From a virus: a stretch of 64,000 bases of DNA. A model generated the notes under the pieces. It did no database searches. It saw only the letters and a list, made by a program, of their open reading frames with translations, and was not told where the DNA came from. Positions within the stretch are counted from its first letter, which is position 1, and each line of letters opens with the position of its first letter. Shown here piece by piece: positions 49,249 through 58,380 of the stretch. The position numbers and the translations under genes are program-made. Location: positions 74,300 through 138,299 of IMG/VR virus record IMGVR_UViG_3300006737_000017; one strand, 5' to 3'.

Positions 49249-50865
49249 ATGTCAAATCAAATTTCAAACTTACTAAATGAAAGCTCTAATCAGTTTCGTG
49301 CACAAAGAAACGAGACTAAAGCTTTAGTTAGTAAATGGAACTCAACTGGTCTTCTTGAAGGTATCGATAAAGAATACGATAAGCATAATACTGCAATCCT
49401 TTTAGAAAACCAAGCGAAACAATTAATTTCCGAAGCAAATGCTACTTCTACTACTTCAGCTGAAGAATGGAACGGCGTTGCTCTTCCACTAGTTAGAAGA
49501 ATCTTCGGTGAATTAAGCGCTAAAGAATTTGTTAGCGTACAACCAATGAACTTACCATCAGGACTAGTATTCTGGTTAGATTTCAAATATGGATCTGATA
49601 TCCAGGGCGATGCTAATGGTAAGAAATTTACAGATGGAACTGATATCTTAGGTGATACTTCATCTTCATCTACACCAACAGGTGGTATTTACGGTAGAGG
49701 TAAAGCTGGATATACAGCTGGACAAGGTTCTGCTACTGCTGTAACTGCTGCTCACGCAACTGCATCTTGGGAAGATGTTGGATATGACGGTGCACTTTCT
49801 GCATCTGCTGCTGCAGGTACAATTATGAAAGTAACTTTAGCATCAACTAACTATCCAACAGATTTCGATTCTGATATGGTTAAGTCTGCTGCTATCTCTT
49901 GTTCAGATGGTGGTAAATTCGATGTAGCTGATAACTTATCTGCTTACAACTTTACTGAAGGAACTAACTCATACTTCTTTACTTCAAAAGATACTGCTGG
50001 TGGAGCTGCTCCAACTGCAATCGGAAAGATCTTCTTTACGAAAGCTCCAGCTGATAACTTATCAAGAGGTGACTTCGAAGCTAATGACGCTGAGCCAACA
50101 ACTAATGATTTAGGTATTCCTCAAATCGATGTTGCTTTAAGACAAGAAGCTTTAGTTGCTAAGACTAGAAAGTTAAAAGTTGTATGGACTCCAGAATTTG
50201 CTCAAGATTTGAATGCTTATCATTCAATTGATGCAGAGGCTGAGTTAACTTCAATGTTATCTGAATACATCTCAATGGAAATCGATATGGAAATCTTAGA
50301 GATGGTTGATTCAGCTGCATTACATGAAGATACTTGGATTGCTGAATTAGGTAAAACAGCTACTGCTGGTTCTGATGTATTAGCTGATGCTGGAAATGCT
50401 GCTGCTTATACTCAAGCTACTTGGTTCCAAACGTTAGGTACTAAATTACAGAAAGTTTCTAATAAGATTCACGCTTCAACAATGAGAGGAGGAGCAAACT
50501 TCGTAGTATGTTCTCCAGATGTTGCAACAATCTTAGAATCTTTAACTGGGTTTGGGGCTGATACTGATGGTCTTAAAAATCAATTTGCTATGGGTGTTCA
50601 AAAGATCGGTGCTATCAATAACAGATACACTGTATACAAGAACCCTTACTGGCAAGATAACGTTTTATTAATGGGCTTTAGAGGATCTCAATTCCTTGAA
50701 ACTGGAGCAGTTTATGCACCGTATATTCCATTAATTATGACGCCATTGGTTTATGATCCTACTAACTTTACGCCAAGAAAAGGTGTAATGACTAGGTATG
50801 CTAAGAAAGTAGTAAGACCTGAATTCTACGGTAAGATCAACATCGGTCAATTGAATACTATATAA
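49249..50865 (+). CDS. Major capsid protein (gp23-like)
   Basis: VQPMNLPSGLVF, AKTRKLKVVWTPEFAQDLNAYHSIDAEAEL, YAPYIPL, PRKGVMTRYA. Confidence 0.97.
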   Translation: MSNQISNLLNESSNQFRAQRNETKALVSKWNSTGLLEGIDKEYDKHNTAILLENQAKQLISEANATSTTSAEEWNGVALPLVRRIFGELSAKEFVSVQPMNLPSGLVFWLDFKYGSDIQGDANGKKFTDGTDILGDTSSSSTPTGGIYGRGKAGYTAGQGSATAVTAAHATASWEDVGYDGALSASAAAGTIMKVTLASTNYPTDFDSDMVKSAAISCSDGGKFDVADNLSAYNFTEGTNSYFFTSKDTAGGAAPTAIGKIFFTKAPADNLSRGDFEANDAEPTTNDLGIPQIDVALRQEALVAKTRKLKVVWTPEFAQDLNAYHSIDAEAELTSMLSEYISMEIDMEILEMVDSAALHEDTWIAELGKTATAGSDVLADAGNAAAYTQATWFQTLGTKLQKVSNKIHASTMRGGANFVVCSPDVATILESLTGFGADTDGLKNQFAMGVQKIGAINNRYTVYKNPYWQDNVLLMGFRGSQFLETGAVYAPYIPLIMTPLVYDPTNFTPRKGVMTRYAKKVVRPEFYGKINIGQLNTI

Positions 50866-50912
50866 TTAAATAATTAATTTTCTTATATATTAATAATTGA
50901 ATATTGTTAATT

Positions 50913-50941
50913 AGGGCCCCCTTAATTGGGGGCTCTTTTTT
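50913..50941 (+). terminator. Intrinsic terminator after the major capsid gene
   Basis: AGGGCCCCC-TTAATT-GGGGGCTCT followed by a T-run. Confidence 0.9.
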
Positions 50942-50992
50942 GTGTTATCTTGACTTACTTGATATTTATACTAAATAGAATAGGAGAAAGTT

Positions 50993-51670
50993 ATGTCAAC
51001 TCATTTCGCAAAAGCAGCAGGAGCAAAGAATAATAAGAAAGGTTATAGATTCTTATTATCTTTGAACGAAGAACAAAAGTTAACCAAACCTTATATACTT
51101 GATAATGATATATCTATTATAACTGGTAAAGCTGGTTCTGGTAAAACTTTACTTGCATGTCAAATTGCATTGCAAGGTGTACTTGAAAAAAGATATAAAA
51201 AAATTATCATAACTAGACCAACGGTTTCAAAAGAGGATCTTGGTTTTTTACCTGGTGGTATAGAAGATAAGATGGCACCATGGGTATCTCCAATATATGG
51301 AAACATGTATCAGCTATTAAGAAGAGAAAGAGTAGATCAAATGATAAGGGCAGATCAAATAGAAATAGTTCCAGTCTCTTACATGAGAGGAAGAACTTTC
51401 TTGGATTCTGTTATTATTATAGATGAATGTCAAAACTTAGATGATACGCAAACTCTTATGATTTTACAAAGATTAGGAAGAGATTCGAAAATGATATTCT
51501 GTGGTGACACAGACCAAATCGATATGAAAAATTCTACAGATAGCGGTTTAAGATTTTTACAATCTATAAAGAATGTAGAAGGCTTTTATGTAAAAGAATT
51601 AGAAACAAATCATAGACACCCAATTCTTGATAATATACTACCAATCTATGACAAATATTTCAAAAGTTAA
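50993..51670 (+). CDS. phoH: PhoH-like ATPase
   Basis: GKAGSGKT, TRP, LGFLPG, YMRGRTF, DECQN, GDTDQID, RHP; late motif at 50961-50970. Confidence 0.93.
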   Translation: MSTHFAKAAGAKNNKKGYRFLLSLNEEQKLTKPYILDNDISIITGKAGSGKTLLACQIALQGVLEKRYKKIIITRPTVSKEDLGFLPGGIEDKMAPWVSPIYGNMYQLLRRERVDQMIRADQIEIVPVSYMRGRTFLDSVIIIDECQNLDDTQTLMILQRLGRDSKMIFCGDTDQIDMKNSTDSGLRFLQSIKNVEGFYVKELETNHRHPILDNILPIYDKYFKS

Positions 51671-51745
51671 GTCTTCAGCTTGATAATTATATACACAACT
51701 GCACATTGACTGCGGAACATGATATTTATATAAAAGGAGCAATAT

Positions 51746-52915
51746 ATGGCAAAAGATATTTCAATATGGCCTGGGTCTGGTTCTTTCTCTGCAAGCTATG
51801 CTGCAAGTGAATCTCCAACACCTTTCGCACTATACGACACAGATAACGAATTTACAGCTTCTGCTGATAATGTAGCTGTTTGGTGTGCAAGAAGACTTGG
51901 GTATCCTATAGTAGATATTGAATTGCAAGATAAAAACTTTTGGGCTTGTCATGAAGAAGCTGTAACAGAATATTCTGCACAAGTAAATAGATTTAATATA
52001 AGAGAAAACCTATTAAATTTACAAGGAGCTTCAACTGGTTCATCATTTACTGGTAAACAAATAAAGGGTGGATTAGATGCTACAATACAAATAGCAAAGC
52101 AATATGGTTCAGAAGCTGGTTCTGGTGGATCAATAAATTGGTACAGCGGTTCTATATCTGTAACTTCTGGTTCACAAGTTTACGATTTAACTGATTCTAG
52201 TGTTACTACATATGAATCTGGTACACCAGGTACAAATGTTATAGAAGTTAAAAGAATATTTCACGAAGGAACACCAGCAATAAATAGATTGTTTGATCCT
52301 TACGTTGGAACTGGAGCTGGTACATCTCATATGATGCAAGCTTTTGGTTGGGGAGGTTATTCTCCTGCAATCAATTATCTAGTTATGCCCTTATATGATG
52401 ATATGCTAAGAATGCAAGAAATAGAATTCAACGATCAGGTAAGAAAATCTGCACACTCATTTGAGTTGATAAATAACAAATTAAGGATATTTCCAAAACC
52501 AACAAGCGATTATACTTTCTATTTTCAATATATAAAAACCTCAGATAGAAAAGGTAGTGTATCGGGGGCTGTTGTATCAGACTTTTCAAATCTACAATAT
52601 GACAATATACAATACAAGTTTATTAATGATCCAGGTAAACAATGGATTAAAAAATACACTCTTGCTTTAGTAAAAGAATTGCTAGGATCAATCAGAGGAA
52701 AATACTCTACAGTACCAATCCCTGGATCTGAGACAACTTTAGATGGAGATGCTTTAAGAGCAGAAGGTGCAGCTGAAAAGGAAACGCTAATTGCACAATT
52801 AAGAGAAGATTTACAAGCTGCTTCAAGAAGGAACTCAATGGAGAGAAACAAAGAGGAAGCAGAATTTCAACAAGAACTAATTAACAAAGTACCACTAGGT
52901 ATTTATATAGGGTAA
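51746..52915 (+). CDS. Neck/head-tail adaptor (gp13-like)
   Basis: RRLGYPIVDIEL; WIKKYTLALVKELLGSIRGKY..PG...LDG. Confidence 0.85.
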   Translation: MAKDISIWPGSGSFSASYAASESPTPFALYDTDNEFTASADNVAVWCARRLGYPIVDIELQDKNFWACHEEAVTEYSAQVNRFNIRENLLNLQGASTGSSFTGKQIKGGLDATIQIAKQYGSEAGSGGSINWYSGSISVTSGSQVYDLTDSSVTTYESGTPGTNVIEVKRIFHEGTPAINRLFDPYVGTGAGTSHMMQAFGWGGYSPAINYLVMPLYDDMLRMQEIEFNDQVRKSAHSFELINNKLRIFPKPTSDYTFYFQYIKTSDRKGSVSGAVVSDFSNLQYDNIQYKFINDPGKQWIKKYTLALVKELLGSIRGKYSTVPIPGSETTLDGDALRAEGAAEKETLIAQLREDLQAASRRNSMERNKEEAEFQQELINKVPLGIYIG

Positions 52916-52918
52916 GAT

Positions 52919-53431
52919 ATGTCGATATTCGGAGGAGATAGAGATATTTCTTTATTTAGGCACATAAATAGAGAATTAATTAACAATATCATCGATACAA
53001 AAGTTGATATTGTAAAAGCTGCGATAAAAGACATAAAGGAAAACTTATACGGCGAAGCACTTGGCAAACAATATTTTCAAAACGTTAGAGTTGGATGCTT
53101 AATAGAACAAGGCTCAACAGAAATAGAAGATACAGATTTTGGACCAGATGTAAATAAAAATGTTACTTTTAGATTTTTAAGAGATGATATAAAAGATATA
53201 GCAAACTTGAAATTAGAAATTGGTGATTTATTATTTTGGGATAATACCTATTGGGAAATAGACAAAGTCTCTTCAGGTAATCAATATTTTATGGGAAGAA
53301 ATCCTAGTACTAATTTTGCAAGTGATGAACATGGTTATAACTTAGCTGTAATATGTGAAGCTCATATGACTAGAAGAAGTAAACTTTCTATAGAACAAAC
53401 TAACAATGGCTATGATAAGAGGTTATACTAA
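52919..53431 (+). CDS. Head closure/neck protein (gp14-like)
   Basis: ENLYGE, IGDLLFW..YWEI; gene order. Confidence 0.7.
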   Translation: MSIFGGDRDISLFRHINRELINNIIDTKVDIVKAAIKDIKENLYGEALGKQYFQNVRVGCLIEQGSTEIEDTDFGPDVNKNVTFRFLRDDIKDIANLKLEIGDLLFWDNTYWEIDKVSSGNQYFMGRNPSTNFASDEHGYNLAVICEAHMTRRSKLSIEQTNNGYDKRLY

Positions 53432-54231
53432 TGAATAAACCTACAGCAAGAAAAACAAAGTCACAAAAGATAGACAGAAGTGCTCAAATAAAAAGAGACG
53501 ATAAACAGCCTATATTTGAAGTTGGTTTATATGAAATAGATGAAACTATTAAATATTATATAGATAATGTAATACAACCTCAAGTTAAAGATTCAAATGG
53601 TAGTTTATTACAATTACCAGTAATTTACGGTAGTACAGAAAGATGGAAATCTGTACAAAAATCTAATTTTTACAGAGACGTTAAAGGTAAAATACAATTA
53701 CCTCTAATGATGTATAAGAAAACTAACATAGAGAAAATTAGAGAACTGGGAAGTAAGGTAGACCCATTAGCTCCAATAGTACAAACTATAGAAATGAAGT
53801 ATACTCAAAAAAATAGGTATGACAATTTTTCTGCTTTATATGGTAGAAAACCTGTAAAGGAATATCATCAAGTTGTTGTACCAGATTATGTAAAAGTTTC
53901 TTATGAATGTATAATATGGACAGACATGATTTCACAGATGAATTCTATAGTAGAAGCAATAAATTATGCAGAAGGTGCATATTGGGGTGATCCTCAAAGA
54001 TTTAGTTTCAAATCTAGGATAGATTCATTTTCTGCAGCAACTGAAATTTCTAGTGGACAAGATAGAGCAACTAAATGCACATTCAATCTAGAATTGGCAG
54101 GGTTTATAATACCTAACACAATTCAAAAACAAATAAACAGTCAAACAACAAAAACCATATCAATGGCACAAGTTACTTTAGGTTCTGAGACTATAGTAAG
54201 CGATATTAACAATTTACCAACCTCAGATTAA
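53431..54231 (+). CDS. Tail terminator/sheath stabiliser (gp15-like)
   Basis: PVIYG..ERW..LPLM, VPDYV..SYE..IW..MN.IVE; gene order. Confidence 0.7.
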   Translation: MNKPTARKTKSQKIDRSAQIKRDDKQPIFEVGLYEIDETIKYYIDNVIQPQVKDSNGSLLQLPVIYGSTERWKSVQKSNFYRDVKGKIQLPLMMYKKTNIEKIRELGSKVDPLAPIVQTIEMKYTQKNRYDNFSALYGRKPVKEYHQVVVPDYVKVSYECIIWTDMISQMNSIVEAINYAEGAYWGDPQRFSFKSRIDSFSAATEISSGQDRATKCTFNLELAGFIIPNTIQKQINSQTTKTISMAQVTLGSETIVSDINNLPTSD

Positions 54232-54254
54232 TATAATAGTTATAGGAGAAAAAA

Positions 54255-54515
54255 ATGGCTACACCAAAAAAAGAAAAATTTACAACAGAAGAATTAACCG
54301 AACTTAAAGATATAAGAAAAAGATTTTCTGATATATCTTATAAGCTAGGACAAATAGAAATGCAAATAATAACGCTAGGTCAAGATAAGATTAAACTTGT
54401 ATCTAGTTTTAACGAAACAATTGAAAAAGAAAAAGAAATTGCTAAGAAACTTTTAGATAAATATGGAAAAGGGCAAATAGATATAGATTCAGGAGAATTT
54501 ATCTCTGCATCATAG
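54255..54515 (+). CDS. Small coiled-coil hypothetical protein
   Basis: AGGAG RBS; KYGKGQIDIDSGEF C-terminus. Confidence 0.7.
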   Translation: MATPKKEKFTTEELTELKDIRKRFSDISYKLGQIEMQIITLGQDKIKLVSSFNETIEKEKEIAKKLLDKYGKGQIDIDSGEFISAS

Positions 54516-54600
54516 TCTTTTTGAATAATTTTATTGATATTTATATACGAGAAGAAAGTAATAATTTTACTTAAAAAAAGAATTAAATTAGGAGAATAAA

Positions 54601-56412
54601 ATGGCAGAAAAAATAGTCAGTCCTGGTGTATTTACACAAGAGAACGATTTATCATTCGTTCCACAGGGAGTTGCCGAAATTGGAGCTGCAATCATAGGGC
54701 CAACTGTAAAAGGGCCAGCATTGATTCCTACCACAGTAACAAGCTTTGGTGATTTCCAAACAATTTTTGGTACAACATTTAACAGCGGTTCAGATACTTA
54801 TGAGTACTTTACCTCATTAGCAGCAGAACAATATTTAGCAAACTCAGGAGCTTTAACAGTAGTAAGAATTCTATCAGGGTCTTATACAAAAGCCTCAGCA
54901 TCGTTTATATCCGGTTCAGTAGTAGGAGGAAGATCAAATGGTATTCCAACATCAGAATCTTATGCAAACCCGAACGAAGCAGCATACTCACAATCATTTC
55001 AAATTAGTTTAAGAAACGATGGTGCATTCGGAAATTCAGATGATTTAACATCTCAAACTTTAGGAACTAATAATTTACTTGCTAATGGTACAGCTGATAA
55101 TTTAAGATGGGAAATAGCAAATGTAAATAAAAATACAGGTACATTCTCTTTATATATTAGAAGAGGTAATGATACATCTAATTCTAAAGTAGTATTAGAA
55201 ACATGGAACAACTTAAGTTTAGATCCAAAATCTAATAACTATATAAGAAAAGTAATTGGTGATCAATACTATACAGTTGGGGATGCAGGAACTGCAGATC
55301 CTTATTTACAATTAGCTGGAGATTATGCAAATAAATCTGCATATGTTTATGTAACTGGTAATGCACAAACGATAGATTACTTAGACTCAAATGGTAACAC
55401 TGGTTCATTAACAAATGACTTTGGAATATATTCAGCTTCATTACCAGCACCAGTAGAAGGAGCATTTATCGGTGGATCTGATGGTACACAAGAAGCTGCA
55501 CCAAAATTCTTTGATGCAATCACTGATAACAATGTACAAGGTTTTAATATGTCAGCTACAACTGATGGCTATAAAACTGCATTATACTTATTGAAAAATC
55601 AAGATCAATACGATATCAATATGCTAATAGTACCAGGTATGACACAAGCTAACGATTCTGCACTTACAACTTTAACAAAAGAAATTGCAGAAGCTAGAGG
55701 AGATTGCTTCTTCCTAGTAGATCCAGAAGCTCACGGTCAAACTTCAATTACAACAGCAGCAGGAAGATCAGAACAACTGATATCTTCATATGGAGCTATG
55801 TATTGGCCATGGGTTAAGATCTTCGCTTCAAGATTAGGTAAGAACGTTTGGGTTCCAGCATCTGTAGTAATGGGAGGTGTAATAGCTTTCAATGATAAAG
55901 TAGCTGCAGAATGGTACGCACCAGCTGGTTTGAACAGAGGAGGAATAGGAGCTGCAATTCAAGCAGAAAGAGGTTTAACACACGCAAATAGAGATGAACT
56001 ATATGAATCAAGAATCAATCCACTTGCAACATTCCCAGGTCAAGGGGTTTGTGTTTGGGGGCAAAAGACTTTACAAAAAAGAGCAACAGCTTTAGATAGA
56101 GTAAACGTTAGAAGATTATTGATCAACCTTAAGAAGTTCGTTGCAAGTACAACTAAGTTCTTAGTATTCGAAAATAACACTTCAACTACTAGAAACAGAT
56201 TCTTAAGTACAGTTAATCCTTATATGGAAGCAGTACAACAAAACCAAGGTCTTTATGCATTCAGAGTTATTATGGATGAATCTAATAATACTCCAGACAT
56301 CATCGATAGAAATATCATGAAAGGGGAAATATTTATTCAACCAGCAAAAGCTGCAGAATTTATAGTAGTAGACTTTAACATTATGCCAACCGGAGCTACT
56401 TTCGGAGAATAA
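54601..56412 (+). CDS. Tail sheath protein (gp18-like)
   Basis: SPGVFTQEND, WYAPAGLNRG, WGQKTL, RVNVRRL, FENN. Confidence 0.95.
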   Translation: MAEKIVSPGVFTQENDLSFVPQGVAEIGAAIIGPTVKGPALIPTTVTSFGDFQTIFGTTFNSGSDTYEYFTSLAAEQYLANSGALTVVRILSGSYTKASASFISGSVVGGRSNGIPTSESYANPNEAAYSQSFQISLRNDGAFGNSDDLTSQTLGTNNLLANGTADNLRWEIANVNKNTGTFSLYIRRGNDTSNSKVVLETWNNLSLDPKSNNYIRKVIGDQYYTVGDAGTADPYLQLAGDYANKSAYVYVTGNAQTIDYLDSNGNTGSLTNDFGIYSASLPAPVEGAFIGGSDGTQEAAPKFFDAITDNNVQGFNMSATTDGYKTALYLLKNQDQYDINMLIVPGMTQANDSALTTLTKEIAEARGDCFFLVDPEAHGQTSITTAAGRSEQLISSYGAMYWPWVKIFASRLGKNVWVPASVVMGGVIAFNDKVAAEWYAPAGLNRGGIGAAIQAERGLTHANRDELYESRINPLATFPGQGVCVWGQKTLQKRATALDRVNVRRLLINLKKFVASTTKFLVFENNTSTTRNRFLSTVNPYMEAVQQNQGLYAFRVIMDESNNTPDIIDRNIMKGEIFIQPAKAAEFIVVDFNIMPTGATFGE

Positions 56413-56452
56413 TGATATTTATATTAAAGTAATAATAAAAGAGGAGAAATAA

Positions 56453-56941
56453 ATGGCAAATTTAGTCGACCCAAATGAAATGATGTTTACGTCCTTTCAA
56501 CCAAAGGTAGCTAATAGATATGTATTATACATGGACGGAGTCCCTTCTTTCTTAATAAAGAAAGCAGCAAGACCATCTGTAAAATTCAATACTATTACTA
56601 TGGACCACATGAATACTCAAAGAAAGATCCAAGGTAAAGCAACCTGGGATGATATTTCTTTAACATTGTATGATCCAATTGTACCATCCGGAGCTCAAGC
56701 AGTAATGGAATGGATAAGATTAGGTTATGAATCAGTAACAGGTAGATCTGGTTATTCTGATTTTTACAAGAAAGAAATTGTATGTAACGTTTTAGGACCA
56801 GTAGGTGATAAAGTTGAAGAATGGACACTTAAGGGTGCTTTCCCAACTTCAGCAGGTTTTGGAGATCTTGATTGGTCTTCTGATGCACCAATGGAAATAT
56901 CAGTTGGTATTGCATACGATTACGCAATCTTACAATACTAG
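56453..56941 (+). CDS. Tail tube protein (gp19-like)
   Basis: Follows the sheath; W..ISLTLYD, EEWTLKGAFP...LDW...YDY. Confidence 0.9.
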   Translation: MANLVDPNEMMFTSFQPKVANRYVLYMDGVPSFLIKKAARPSVKFNTITMDHMNTQRKIQGKATWDDISLTLYDPIVPSGAQAVMEWIRLGYESVTGRSGYSDFYKKEIVCNVLGPVGDKVEEWTLKGAFPTSAGFGDLDWSSDAPMEISVGIAYDYAILQY

Positions 56942-56957
56942 TACAAAAATAAGAAAA

Positions 56958-56997
56958 GGAAAAGAGCTCTAACATTAGGGTTCTTTTCCAATTTCTT
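56958..56997 (+). terminator. Hairpin/terminator after the tail tube gene
   Basis: GGAAAAGAGCTCTAA-CA-TTAGGGTTCTTTTCC. Confidence 0.75.
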
Positions 56998-57050
56998 CAT
57001 ATTTATATTATATGAAGATTAACGTTATAGAATAAAAAGGAAAGGTTATT

Positions 57051-57935
57051 ATGAGCGATAAACCCACGAGATTGTCCGACAAGGACTTAAAAGAACAATT
57101 ACAAGAACAAGCTGGTCATGTTGAAAAAACCAAGCTAGTTGTAGAAACAAACTTCCCAACAGAAATTATAGACTTACCTTCAAAAGGTATACCTTATCCA
57201 GAAGATAACCCTTTATCGTCTGGTAAAGTGGAAATGAAATATATGACTGCTAAAGAAGAAGATATTCTTACAACTCAATCTTATATTACACAAGGAGTAG
57301 TATTAGATAAACTTTTCAAATCATTAATTGTTTCTAATGGACAAGGCCAACCGGTAAAATATAATGATTTATTAGTTGGAGATAAAAATGCAATTATGAT
57401 TGCAGCAAGAGTATTAGGTTATGGTAAAGATTATGAAATAAATATACCAGAACAATATAATGCTGGTGTACCTCAAACTGAAACAGTTGATTTAACAAAG
57501 TTAGAAGATAAAGATCTTCATGAACAAATACTTAAATATCCAAACTCAAGAGAATTTGAATGGGAATTACCTGTATCTAAGAAAAAGATTACTTTTAATC
57601 TAATGACACACGGTATGGAAAAGAAAGTTGATTATGCTCTTAAAGATATTAAGAAACAACAGAAAAGAACTAAAGATGAAACTGATAGAACTTTGTCTAC
57701 AAGGTTAAAGCATATAATTAAAGCAGTAGATGAAGAAACAGATTCAAAAGCAATAGCTTCATTTGTAGATGATCATATGTTAGCTTTAGATTCAAGAGCA
57801 TTTAGAAAGTATCTCACAGAATTAACACCAGATGTAAATTTGAAATATAATTTTATTTCTAATGAAACTGGAGATGAACGGGAGGTGGAGATACCCATTG
57901 AAGTGAGCTTTTTTTGGCCTGACGCAACAATATAA
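57051..57935 (+). CDS. Tail/baseplate hub assembly chaperone (gp26-like)
   Basis: IDLPSKG..Y, MTAKEEDIL, L.GD..AI.IAAR..GYG, FFWP end; lies between tube and tape measure. Confidence 0.8.
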   Translation: MSDKPTRLSDKDLKEQLQEQAGHVEKTKLVVETNFPTEIIDLPSKGIPYPEDNPLSSGKVEMKYMTAKEEDILTTQSYITQGVVLDKLFKSLIVSNGQGQPVKYNDLLVGDKNAIMIAARVLGYGKDYEINIPEQYNAGVPQTETVDLTKLEDKDLHEQILKYPNSREFEWELPVSKKKITFNLMTHGMEKKVDYALKDIKKQQKRTKDETDRTLSTRLKHIIKAVDEETDSKAIASFVDDHMLALDSRAFRKYLTELTPDVNLKYNFISNETGDEREVEIPIEVSFFWPDATI

Positions 57936-58149
57936 ACAATCTGTACACCAATCTCTTTTTATGATGGTTTACAAGATACCAGGGTTTACTCACACTGAAC
58001 TCTATAACTTGCCTGTATACTTAAGAAACTTTTATTTGAAAGAGTATAAAGACTGGAAAGCAGCTGAAAACAAAACTGCAGAAAACGCAGATCAAGCTCA
58101 AGATCAAGCCTATCAACAGTACCAAAATACGCATCAAAATCCTAGTTAG
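57910..58149 (+). CDS. Second chaperone frame (gp51-like), probably reached by frameshift
   Basis: Frame open from the T7 run: FFGLTQQYKQSVHQSLFMMVYKIPGFTHTELYNLPVYLRNFY; no RBS before ATG 57961. Confidence 0.7.
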   Translation, partial: FFGLTQQYKQSVHQSLFMMVYKIPGFTHTELYNLPVYLRNFYLKEYKDWKAAENKTAENADQAQDQAYQQYQNTHQNPS

Positions 58150-58188
58150 TAGATATTTATAAACATAAGAATATAACTAACTAGGAGA

Positions 58189-58371
58189 GTGCGCATGTTT
58201 AGCAGATTATTAGGAAAAGCCTTATTAGCATTATCTGGTGCTGGTAAAGATTACAAAAAACTCAAAAAGCATATGAATGAACCAGAGTTCAAAAAACGAT
58301 GGGATTCAATGGAAGACAGATTAAAACAAATATCCAAAGATTTCGAAGACTTAAATAGAAAATACGATTAG
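58189..58371 (+). CDS. Small hypothetical protein
   Basis: Late motif 58152-58161 and AGGAG; start GTG 58189 or ATG 58195. Confidence 0.65.
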   Translation: MRMFSRLLGKALLALSGAGKDYKKLKKHMNEPEFKKRWDSMEDRLKQISKDFEDLNRKYD

Positions 58372-58380
58372 GGTTTATAA

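Noticed and set aside
51671-51720. Small RNA between phoH and the neck gene
   Set aside because: Only about 50 nt with a promoter-like variant (GATAATTATA) and no convincing stem.
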